This document shows, piece after piece, positions 1 through 6,945 of a stretch of 43,103 nucleotides of DNA (position 1 is its first letter; every line of letters starts with the position of its first letter). The position numbers and the translations under genes were made by a program. The DNA is from a virus. The DNA lies in UHGV virus genome UHGV-0195171, one strand, 5' to 3'. A model generated the notes under the pieces. The model worked only from the letters and a program-made list of their open reading frames with translations, searched no databases and was not told the DNA's origin.

Positions 1-18
1 ATTACTTTTGCGAATAAT

Positions 19-483
19 ATGAACGCCATGAGAAAGAAAACGCTTGATGCAGCTGAAGCTGACGCAGCACAAAGGCTGCGGGACATATGGAACGAGAAAA
101 AAGTAACTTTACGTCTGACTCAGGAAAAGGCGGCGGATGCACTCGGCTTTAGTACTCAGGCAACAGTTAGCCAGTATTTAAATGGCAGCATCCCCCTCAA
201 TACCGATGCAACATTGAAGTTTTCTGCATTGTTGGGGGTTAAACCAGAAGATATTCGCCCTGATCTTGCTGAGTTAATGAACTACGTACGGAAAACAGGA
301 GCGTATGTTCAGGATTATTCCGCTGCTGGTTGGCGGCTACTTAAACCAGAAGATGCTGAATTGATAGAGCTTTACGAAAGACTACCGCAAAGCGAAAAAG
401 AAAGACATCTAACTGAATTAAAAGAAAAAGTATCAGGGTTCGATCGCCTATTTGAAGAACTTTTAGCCACCAGAAAACAGTAA
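19..483 (+). CDS. CI-like lysogeny repressor; HTH DNA-binding protein with no S24 peptidase domain
   Basis: 154-aa ORF with an HTH-like segment QEKAADALGFSTQATVSQYLNG. No Ala-Gly / Ser..Lys autocleavage module is visible. A hairpin+T-run terminator follows directly. It is divergent from the Cro-like gene at the other end of the window if the sequence is circular. Confidence 0.55.
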   Translation: MNAMRKKTLDAAEADAAQRLRDIWNEKKVTLRLTQEKAADALGFSTQATVSQYLNGSIPLNTDATLKFSALLGVKPEDIRPDLAELMNYVRKTGAYVQDYSAAGWRLLKPEDAELIELYERLPQSEKERHLTELKEKVSGFDRLFEELLATRKQ

Positions 484-499
484 CTCTCCCCTCCAATCA

Positions 500-524
500 A
501 TCCCGCATAGTCGGGATTTTTTTA
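500..524 (+). terminator. rho-independent terminator after the repressor gene
   Basis: atcccg-catagt-cgggat hairpin followed by ttttttt. Confidence 0.6.
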
Positions 525-577
525 TTCTTTCTAATCAACAACATAAAATAAATATTCGTAATGCGATTATTTTTATC

Positions 578-606
578 TTGACCTATAATATACGCATAAC
601 TAATAT
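578..606 (+). promoter_or_regulatory. sigma70-type early-left promoter (pL-like)
   Basis: TTGACC (578-583), 17-nt spacer, TAATAT (601-606). A CGAATA-type operator-like half-site (551-561) lies just upstream. Confidence 0.5.
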
Positions 607-607
607 C

Positions 608-1036
608 ACACCCATCAACGACGCACTAACCACGCGGCAGTTGTTCAGAAACAGTTCTGACAGCCCGGAAAGACGGGCACGAATTCTTCGGGTCGCCGAA
701 AGTACGATGGCATGCGGGAAAGACTGCAACCGGCGTATGGCACATGCGTCGAAGCGGTCCGGGGGCTCCTTGGTACATGGCCCAGCGGGTAGCCGGAATG
801 TGCAAGCCAGGTGTCCAGGCACGACAGGCGATTCACCATCGTGGCGGTACGGTGTGACTCCCGGGAAGAGTCCGGGATACAACATGAGAGCGCACTTCAT
901 TTTTATCAGTTATGGCGATGTTGTTAAATCAAAAGGGCGGAGTGCGCTCCCAGTTGTAAAGAATCACGTAGCCAGCGTGGTACCAGAGAAAATTGCTGTA
1001 TGTAGTCTTGGCCCGGGCGCCCCGGGCATTTTTTTA
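608..1036 (+). ncRNA. GC-rich structured leader or candidate noncoding RNA; identity unknown
   Basis: About 430 nt, visibly more GC-rich than its flanks, starting at the pL-like promoter and ending at a strong terminator. Contains several short perfect hairpins (663-678 GCCCG-GAAAGA-CGGGC; 860-876 CCCGG-GAAGAGT-CCGGG). The only long ORF (578-1045) starts with TTG inside the -35 box and has an R/G/S/P-rich composition typical of noncoding GC-rich DNA. Confidence 0.3.
1011..1035 (+). terminator. rho-independent terminator (tL1-like)
   Basis: gcccggg-cgc-cccgggc hairpin followed by attttttt. Confidence 0.6.
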
Positions 1037-1099
1037 ACACAGTGACGGTTTTACCGTTGTGCCTGAGTCCCCGAACGGAGAGGCCAAACCCGCAACGTG

Positions 1100-1345
1100 A
1101 CACCAGGGAAAGACCGGAGGAAGTACAACGCCTGACCAGCGTCAACCTGAGCATGACCAGCTCTGGCACCGGGGAAGACCGGAAAAGGAAAGACCAATGG
1201 GCCTAACCAGCCTGACAGCCGGGAAAGACCGGCACCCTTTAGATGGCAAAAGGCCCGCACAAGGCGGGCCAGTTACCCCGGGCGGCGACCAAACCACCCA
1301 GATTCCGTAGGGGACCAACCCTACGGAGAGGAAAGACCAATGCCG
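1100..1345 (+). repeat. cluster of GGAAAGACC-type motifs in small hairpins within the early-left leader
   Basis: GGGAAAGACC 1106-1115; CCGG-GGAAGA-CCGG 1169-1182; AGGAAAGACCAATG 1186-1199; GCCGG-GAAAGA-CCGGC 1218-1233; GAGAGGAAAGACCAATG 1326-1342. Two further 7-bp-stem hairpins at 1252-1270 and 1305-1326. About 10 GGA triplets fall within 245 nt. Confidence 0.6.
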
Positions 1346-1394
1346 ACAGAATCAACACTGATCGGCTCTGAGTATACATCAACAAGGAGTCGCT

Positions 1395-1718
1395 ATGGAA
1401 GCGCTTACCATCCCAGTAACAATCTACGTTATGGCAACAACCAATCCATATCTACCAACGTCTTATCACTCATTCACCTGTGACATGTCACAACAATACC
1501 CTGATCTGTATGTCCTCGTTACTACCAAAACGATAGAGGTTGCCATTCCGGCTTTAGAGCCAATCGACATTATTGGTATGCAGGTTAATGCCCTTCGTGC
1601 GAAGAAAGAGAAAATCTCTGCCGAAGCTAAGAAGGAGCTGGGTGTTATTGAAGACCAGATTCAGCAGCTGCTGTGCATCGACCACTCTCCGATTGAAGAA
1701 AGCGACGTACCTTTTTGA
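1395..1718 (+). CDS. hypothetical early protein
   Basis: 107-aa ORF with an AAGGAG SD 6 nt upstream of the ATG. Confidence 0.6.
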   Translation: MEALTIPVTIYVMATTNPYLPTSYHSFTCDMSQQYPDLYVLVTTKTIEVAIPALEPIDIIGMQVNALRAKKEKISAEAKKELGVIEDQIQQLLCIDHSPIEESDVPF

Positions 1719-1725
1719 GGTTCTT

Positions 1726-1971
1726 ATGACAAATAACCCATTCATCGAAAAAATAATCGATGCTGGCTTATCAGCATTTGAGCACGAAAATAATAGCGAC
1801 TTTGGTTCAGGGACGACGCATATCACCATTATCGGCGGTGTTCGTCGTGTCGAGTTCTACCCAACCACCGGTACAGTTTACGCTAATGCTGAAAAGGGAA
1901 AATTCCCGACATTTCTACAGAAAAAAGCCGGGATTAAAGTTGCTATCCGTCTAGCTAAATCTGGCGCCTGA
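1726..1971 (+). CDS. hypothetical early protein (81 aa)
   Basis: ATG at 1726 preceded by a GAGG SD. It starts 8 nt after the previous stop. The ORF-track entry 1573-1971 is the same frame with a later start. Confidence 0.55.
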   Translation: MTNNPFIEKIIDAGLSAFEHENNSDFGSGTTHITIIGGVRRVEFYPTTGTVYANAEKGKFPTFLQKKAGIKVAIRLAKSGA

Positions 1972-2000
1972 CCTGCGCCTGCAACAAAGAGGAAAGACCA

Positions 2001-4130
2001 ATGACCATATACAACGGCTTATTTGAGCCCAAGAAATCGGCAATCAAAGACTGCGGTGCCGTGCAGCTGGCGATCGCCGTCGAAGCACCGAACAAGAAAG
2101 TCGCTGAAAGCATTATGACCGGAAAACTCTGGGAGTCTTACCCGGCGAACGGAGACAACTATTTCAAACCTAAGCTGTGGGAACACATTGAAGGCCAGCC
2201 ACTGCCGGCAGTCGGCCAGTTCGATGAACATTTCGCCCAGGAAAATACCTTTGATGGTGAAAAATGGGTGGCTAACAGCCAGGATGACGGCGCCACCGAG
2301 TTGCCGGCAGGCGATGAAGTTATCGATCTGATGACGGTATCCCCCAGGGAGCGTTTTGCTGCTGTATTACTCTTCAGCAAATTAGAGATAAACGGCCAGC
2401 TCTATTCGCAGGTTGTAGATTATCTTGATGATCTGGATAACCACAACGAATCCATAGAAGAGGATGACCGTTTTAATTTCAATGTGCTTTGCGCCCTGCA
2501 CAATAACGAACCAGTGAAACATATGCACGTGGAAGGTCTGAACAATCTGATCCATGGCATCTTCTCCCATTTTGAAAACCAGATGCCGGGTAAAGCGGCT
2601 ATTTCTCAATTTGTAAAACGCTGGCTTGAAAATCCCGGTAAACGCGAAGAAATGGTACCAGGCCAAAATTATGCCCCCAGCACTGATAACAACGTTAAAA
2701 TCGCGCCAAAGCGTGGTTATAAACATACCTACGCAACACTGGATCAGGAGATCGCTGTTGCGCTGCTCCCTATCTCTCCCGACGCGCCAGTATTATCAGG
2801 CAACCTTCGCGACGCGGAGAAAATCATTGCAGACGATCGTGAGGATTTTAAACGTTGGTCTGCATCACTGCATGTCACACCGAACATACTCAAATATGAC
2901 CGTGCCAGCATTTTCGGCGTAGTGCAGAACGTTCCGGCGAAAGATACTTACCATTTTCCGGAAAGTCTGCGCCGCCATATTACTTCATGGCTTGAAGCTA
3001 ACGGCCGCTTTGAAGAAGACGAAGGCTCATCACAAAAACAACCGACAGCGGAGCAAAATACCGCCTCAAACGTGGTCAAAAAAGAGGAAGTGCCGCCGCC
3101 GGTTGTAACCGATACCCAGGCCAAACAGGCGCGTGAGACGCTCAACGATATGGGCTATGGCGTATATGCCTCTGGTGAAGGAGCAGAGCCAGAAGAGAAG
3201 TTGAGTGAAAAAGTAAAAACTATCGTTCAGGACGTTGATCAGCTTGTTGAACGAATTAACCGAGAAGAGAACCTGCCGAAAGCTTCCGAAGTCGTCCAGA
3301 GCATTAACGAAATGCAGGAAACAGAACGTGACAATCTGGAACTATGGAAACGAGTTTTCAAAACTGATGAACGGTTTACTAAAGCCTTTACGCAGAACGG
3401 CGGCGGCACCTCGATCAATGGCACGTACCTAACGATGTTAGCAACACGTGAGTTTGGCTTGAAAGGGAGCGGCTGGGGCGTCGATATTCTGGAAGAACGC
3501 TTTGATGATGGCGCACCAATTACACGTACAGTAAAAGGAGCTGACGGTAATAATACATGGGAACTGATCCCTGATGGTAATGGTGGCTTCCTAACTGAAA
3601 AACACCATGTGATAAAAATTAGGCTGTGGTACCTGGTAAACGGTGTTCGTGGTGAAGAATACGCCTACGGATGTACCCCTTACATTTACGGCAGTAAATA
3701 CGGCCCTATCTGCGACGGCGAAGCTACTAAAAAATCACTAACTGACGCCACCAAAAAGGCATTATCCGGCCTCGGATTCAGCGGCGATATATTTATGGGG
3801 CTTTACGACAATCTGGAGTACCGCCAAAAGAACAAGGCCGAATTTGATCTTAAGAACGCCAGCGAAACCGCCGAAGATGCAGCGCGGTTGCGTCAGGAGT
3901 TCGATGACAAACTAACCCGCGTCGCCAATACACTAGCACATGGCGTAACAGTGAACGAAATAAACGGTGTGTTCTCCCCTATCGCACGTGAAATCGATGT
4001 TCACATTAAGGCCGCACAGGCCAACGGCGACAAGCAACATGAACGCTATCTTTCTGGTCGCCTGCGCCGCCTGATTGCCATTAAAGATGGTCGTCTCAAA
4101 GAACTGAATAAAGCCGAGGAGAAAGCATAA
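2001..4130 (+). CDS. Rad52/Sak/Erf-superfamily single-strand annealing protein with a roughly 440-aa N-terminal extension
   Basis: The C-terminal third carries the Rad52-like annealing signature (…YAYGCTPYIYGSKYG…EATKKSLTDATKKALSGLGFSGDIFMGLYDN…). Preceded by GAGGAAAGACCAATG. Located upstream of the gp157-like gene, as in phage recombination modules. Confidence 0.6.
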   Translation: MTIYNGLFEPKKSAIKDCGAVQLAIAVEAPNKKVAESIMTGKLWESYPANGDNYFKPKLWEHIEGQPLPAVGQFDEHFAQENTFDGEKWVANSQDDGATELPAGDEVIDLMTVSPRERFAAVLLFSKLEINGQLYSQVVDYLDDLDNHNESIEEDDRFNFNVLCALHNNEPVKHMHVEGLNNLIHGIFSHFENQMPGKAAISQFVKRWLENPGKREEMVPGQNYAPSTDNNVKIAPKRGYKHTYATLDQEIAVALLPISPDAPVLSGNLRDAEKIIADDREDFKRWSASLHVTPNILKYDRASIFGVVQNVPAKDTYHFPESLRRHITSWLEANGRFEEDEGSSQKQPTAEQNTASNVVKKEEVPPPVVTDTQAKQARETLNDMGYGVYASGEGAEPEEKLSEKVKTIVQDVDQLVERINREENLPKASEVVQSINEMQETERDNLELWKRVFKTDERFTKAFTQNGGGTSINGTYLTMLATREFGLKGSGWGVDILEERFDDGAPITRTVKGADGNNTWELIPDGNGGFLTEKHHVIKIRLWYLVNGVRGEEYAYGCTPYIYGSKYGPICDGEATKKSLTDATKKALSGLGFSGDIFMGLYDNLEYRQKNKAEFDLKNASETAEDAARLRQEFDDKLTRVANTLAHGVTVNEINGVFSPIAREIDVHIKAAQANGDKQHERYLSGRLRRLIAIKDGRLKELNKAEEKA

Positions 4131-4696
4131 TGACTTCCACAACTGCAATCGCTATTGCTGCTGATATGTCTAAACTCCAGGCGCTTCTGGAAAATGAAGA
4201 CGGTTCTGGTCTGTCAGCTGAAATGATCGCCGATACAATGGAGGGGCTCGAGCTGCAGCTCGGCGACAAACTCGACGCGGTATTCGTCCATGTTCGCAAC
4301 CTTGAAGGTCTGGCGAAAACCTGCGACGAAGAAGCCAAACGCCTGGCCGCCCGTAAAAAGTCATTCGAAGGTAAGATCATCAACCTGAAGAATTATGTGC
4401 TTCAGTGCCTGCTGGCCGCGGGGCAGGATACCGTTAAAACTGCAAAGAACACCTTCACCGCCCGCAAAGGTGCAATCAACGTGGTGATCGATAATGTCGA
4501 TTTACTTCCGGATGATTTGGTAACCGTTGAGACAGTGGTTACGCCGGACAAAAAGGCAATCAAAGAGGCTATCGAATCCTCGCAGGCGGCGGCTGCACAG
4601 ATTACTGCTGATGGCGGAGAGATACCGGGAGAACTGTTAAATCCAGTGCCGGGCGCTCACCTTGAGATTGGCGAACGTTCACTGCAGGTGCGCTGA
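4130..4696 (+). CDS. Gp157-family protein (Sipho_Gp157-like); recombination-module accessory
   Basis: 188 aa. Charged N-terminal half, then a …FTARKGAINVVIDNVDLLP…TPDKKAIKEAIE…AHLEIGERSLQVR pattern typical of Gp157 proteins found next to Sak/RecT. ATGA overlap with the upstream gene. Confidence 0.5.
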   Translation: MTSTTAIAIAADMSKLQALLENEDGSGLSAEMIADTMEGLELQLGDKLDAVFVHVRNLEGLAKTCDEEAKRLAARKKSFEGKIINLKNYVLQCLLAAGQDTVKTAKNTFTARKGAINVVIDNVDLLPDDLVTVETVVTPDKKAIKEAIESSQAAAAQITADGGEIPGELLNPVPGAHLEIGERSLQVR

Positions 4697-4697
4697 T

Positions 4698-4883
4698 ATG
4701 CTGAGACTATCTCTGAAAAAAGGTGATGCAGTTCATATCGTGTTACCGGATGGGACTAACGCAATTATCGAAGCGCTGGCCCGGTGTGAACTCGGTATGC
4801 ACTTCCCCCGCAATATCAAGATAACGCGTGAGGATGGTGCATTCCAACCGAAACAAAACCTGATTAAGCATAATCAGAAATAG
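4698..4883 (+). CDS. CsrA/RsmA-like small RNA-binding protein (carbon storage regulator family homolog)
   Basis: 61 aa from the ATG at 4698 (stop/start overlap TGAtATG). The N-terminus is MLRLSLKKGDAVHIV versus CsrA MLILTRRVGETLMIG. The core is LGMHFPRNIKITRED versus CsrA IGVNAPKEVSVHREE, including the conserved Arg at the position equivalent to CsrA R44. Confidence 0.5.
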   Translation: MLRLSLKKGDAVHIVLPDGTNAIIEALARCELGMHFPRNIKITREDGAFQPKQNLIKHNQK

Positions 4884-4932
4884 CCCATCACTACCGCTAG
4901 CATTGTGGTCTACCAATAAACCGGAGATCACA

Positions 4933-5127
4933 ATGCTACGTTGGCAACCAGGTGTAGTTTTACTTTCTGAATTCGATATCAAAATTGGCAGGCTATCAGC
5001 CAGCGTTAGAAAAAGGACTCTGACCCAGTCCGATATCCATATCGCTTGTGATACAGCTGACAACGCAATAGCCCGGCTTATGAGGAAAGACCATGACCAG
5101 AGAAAACGATCTCCTGACCGACGATGA
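4933..5127 (+). CDS. hypothetical small protein
   Basis: 64-aa ORF from the ATG at 4933 with a GGAGA SD. It overlaps the start of the next gene by 35 nt, so it is uncertain. Confidence 0.3.
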   Translation: MLRWQPGVVLLSEFDIKIGRLSASVRKRTLTQSDIHIACDTADNAIARLMRKDHDQRKRSPDRR

Positions 5128-5317
5128 ACTGATAGAATTGACCGGATACCGATTTCCTTCTAAGCAGTGCTCGGCTTTAGCTAAATCCGGTATTTCGTTT
5201 GTTAAACGTCGGGACGGCCGGCCTCGCGTGACATGGACACATGTGAATGCAGCGCTATTCGGAGACAGAAAAATAGTTGCTGACGAAGAAGAAAAACCAA
5301 ACTTTGATGCTATTTAA
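5093..5317 (+). CDS. DUF4224-type excisionase-like protein (putative Xis)
   Basis: 74 aa with LTDDELIELTGYRFPSKQCSALAKSGISFVKR…, directly upstream of int. Preceded by GAGGAAAGACCATG. Confidence 0.55.
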   Translation: MTRENDLLTDDELIELTGYRFPSKQCSALAKSGISFVKRRDGRPRVTWTHVNAALFGDRKIVADEEEKPNFDAI

Positions 5318-5320
5318 ATT

Positions 5321-6349
5321 ATGGGAAGAAAAAGAAAAAACCAGGAGGATAACAAACTTCCTCCCCGCGTTTATTCAAATAAGTACAGTTACTATTACAA
5401 ACCAACCTCAAAAGAATGCATCACAATTGGCCCCGTATCAATGCCCTTGTCTCAGTTATGGGCAAGATATGAGGCATTAATTGACGAACAGGCCAACGTA
5501 ATGACATTCAGTAAATTATGGGGGTTATTTCTTAAGAGTGCCTATTATCTTGAATTGAAACCAAGGACGCAGAAAGATTATCTGCAACACCAGAAAAAGC
5601 TACTTGCTGTATTTGGGAAGATTACGGCAGATAAAATTAAAACTGAAGATATCAGGATGTTTATGGATAGGCGAGGCTTGCAAAGTAAAACGCAGGCAAA
5701 TCATGAAATGAGTAGCATGTCTCGTGTTTTCAGATGGGGTTTTGAGCGGGGTATGGTTAAAGGGAATCCTTGCCAGGGCGTCAGTAAATTTAAAGCTGTC
5801 GCCCGCGGAAGGTACATTACCGACGCGGAATATGAGGCTATCTATAATGAGGCGGATGATGTCGTTCGTACAGCAATGGAAATTGCCTATCTTTGCGCTG
5901 CCCGCCTGGCTGATGTACTCGGCATGCAGTGGCGACAGGTAACGCCGGAAGGAATCTTCATTCAGCAGGGTAAAAACAATGTTAGCCAGATCAAGCAGTG
6001 GACAGACCGGCTTAAACAGGCTTTCGAACTCGCAAAAACATTCTCTAATTCCGGCAATCCAGGAGCATTCGTCCTGATGGGCTCACATGGTAGCGGGTTC
6101 AGTAAAAGAGGATTCAGCCACCGATGGGAGGAGGCAAGGCATAAAGCTTCTGTAAAACTGGGGTACGTTCTCGACTGTACGTTCCACGATCTGAAGGCGA
6201 AAGGTATCTCTGATTACGAAGGAAGCAGCCGGGATAAACAACTGTTCAGCGGACATAAAACAGAAAGCCAGGTTCTGATTTATGATCGTAAAACGAAGGT
6301 GTCACCCACTCTCGACAAGCCGCCAATTGAGACTAAAAATTCTAAGTGA
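5321..6349 (+). CDS. int: tyrosine integrase, lambda Int family
   Basis: 342 aa. Lambda-Int-like N-terminal arm-binding region (LPPRVYSNKYSYYYKP…). Catalytic-domain motifs …AARLADVLGMQWRQV…, …HDLKAKG…, and SGHKTESQVLIYDRK with the catalytic Tyr. It is transcribed toward the attP core. Confidence 0.85.
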   Translation: MGRKRKNQEDNKLPPRVYSNKYSYYYKPTSKECITIGPVSMPLSQLWARYEALIDEQANVMTFSKLWGLFLKSAYYLELKPRTQKDYLQHQKKLLAVFGKITADKIKTEDIRMFMDRRGLQSKTQANHEMSSMSRVFRWGFERGMVKGNPCQGVSKFKAVARGRYITDAEYEAIYNEADDVVRTAMEIAYLCAARLADVLGMQWRQVTPEGIFIQQGKNNVSQIKQWTDRLKQAFELAKTFSNSGNPGAFVLMGSHGSGFSKRGFSHRWEEARHKASVKLGYVLDCTFHDLKAKGISDYEGSSRDKQLFSGHKTESQVLIYDRKTKVSPTLDKPPIETKNSK

Positions 6350-6370
6350 ATATTCTAAGTCTATTCTAAG
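6339..6370 (+). promoter_or_regulatory. three direct ATTCTAAG repeats (candidate Int arm-type binding sites)
   Basis: ATTCTAAG at 6339-6346, 6352-6359 and 6363-6370. They span the int stop codon and sit next to the attP core. Confidence 0.4.
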
Positions 6371-6383
6371 ACACCAAAGCAAA

Positions 6384-6416
6384 AAGGGGTTACCTTTCGG
6401 TAACCCCTTCTTTTAT
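6384..6416. terminator. bidirectional rho-independent terminator between int and the tRNA-derived core
   Basis: aaggggttacc-tttc-ggtaacccctt hairpin with T-runs on both strands. Confidence 0.6.
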
Positions 6417-6417
6417 A

Positions 6418-6476
6418 TGGCGGAAGCGCAGAGATTCGAACTCTGGAACCCTTTCGGGTCGCCGGTTTTCAAGACC
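6418..6476 (-). tRNA. 3' portion (anticodon stem through CCA) of tRNA-Ser(UGA); phage attP core
   Basis: The minus strand reads GGTCTTGAAAACCGGCGACCCGAAAGGGTTCCAGAGTTCGAATCTCTGCGCTTCCGCCA. This has the anticodon loop CTTGAAA, a long variable arm, T-arm GGTTCGAATC, acceptor stem and CCA, matching the 3' part of enterobacterial serT as recalled. The 5' half of the tRNA is absent. Confidence 0.75.
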
Positions 6477-6607
6477 AAATCAAATGGATTTATAATCAGT
6501 ATGTTATGCTACATTCATAGAATAAAGTCGTTATTTGACACCACTAAAAATCAATCAGTTACACTTAATGCATGGGCTTTATTCTTTCAACTTTTAAGGT
6601 ATCTCCC

Positions 6608-6657
6608 TTGACTTCCTTACAGTTTCAAGAGTAAAAATACTGTACATAAAAACAGTA
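6608..6657 (+). promoter_or_regulatory. SOS-type promoter: TTGACT -35, A/T-rich -10, then a near-consensus LexA box
   Basis: TTGACT at 6608-6613. TACTGTACATAAAAACAGTA at 6638-6657 (CTGT-N8-ACAG with TA flanks). Confidence 0.55.
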
Positions 6658-6669
6658 TTGGTGGCCAAA

Positions 6670-6945
6670 ATGATCAACAGAGAATCCAACGCATCGAGCA
6701 TTCCAGAACTGACTGGCTTTAACGTCAGCCATTCGGCTTTAACCCGTCAGGTGTTCCTCAATGCTACTTTTACGGACAACATGGCGTCAGTACCTCACTG
6801 GCCACTGAAAGAGTTTCCTGACCTGTTTTGTTGCATCTCCAGGGATAGGGCGGAAGCCTTGCTCCATCAACTCCAGCGAGCGATCGATTATCTGGATGCC
6901 GGGATGGATTCGCCCTCGCTATTTCTTATCGACGATGACCTCTGA
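6670..6945 (+). CDS. hypothetical 91-aa protein downstream of the LexA box (candidate SOS-induced effector or antirepressor)
   Basis: ATG at 6670 with a GGTGG SD. Same frame as ORF-track entry 6658-6945. Located in the AT-rich att-proximal region. Confidence 0.4.
   Translation: MINRESNASSIPELTGFNVSHSALTRQVFLNATFTDNMASVPHWPLKEFPDLFCCISRDRAEALLHQLQRAIDYLDAGMDSPSLFLIDDDL

Noticed and set aside
19-483. Interpreting the 154-aa HTH protein as a lambda CII homolog
   Set aside because: There is weak local similarity to CII around the HTH. However, the gene is separately terminated, lies upstream of the pL-like promoter and faces the cro-like gene, which fits a repressor role better. The cII-position gene is the YdaT-like ORF.
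608-1036. Possible RNase P RNA, tmRNA or 6S RNA identity for the structured element
   Set aside because: Short chance resemblances such as GGAAAGAC and GAGCGCAC were seen. The conserved P4/CR regions, the tmRNA tag-reading frame and the 6S central bubble could not be aligned.
578-1045. 155-aa plus-strand ORF covering the GC-rich block
   Set aside because: It starts with TTG inside the -35 hexamer, upstream of any plausible transcription start. Its R/G/S/P-rich composition and the several overlapping ORFs on both strands (583-900, 645-839, 924-1169, 1051-1260) are what random GC-rich noncoding DNA produces.
6418-6476. Full-length tRNA gene
   Set aside because: Only the 3' portion (anticodon stem to CCA) is present. 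The expected complement of the D-arm and 5' acceptor strand is absent from the adjacent sequence, so this is an att core and not a functional tRNA gene.
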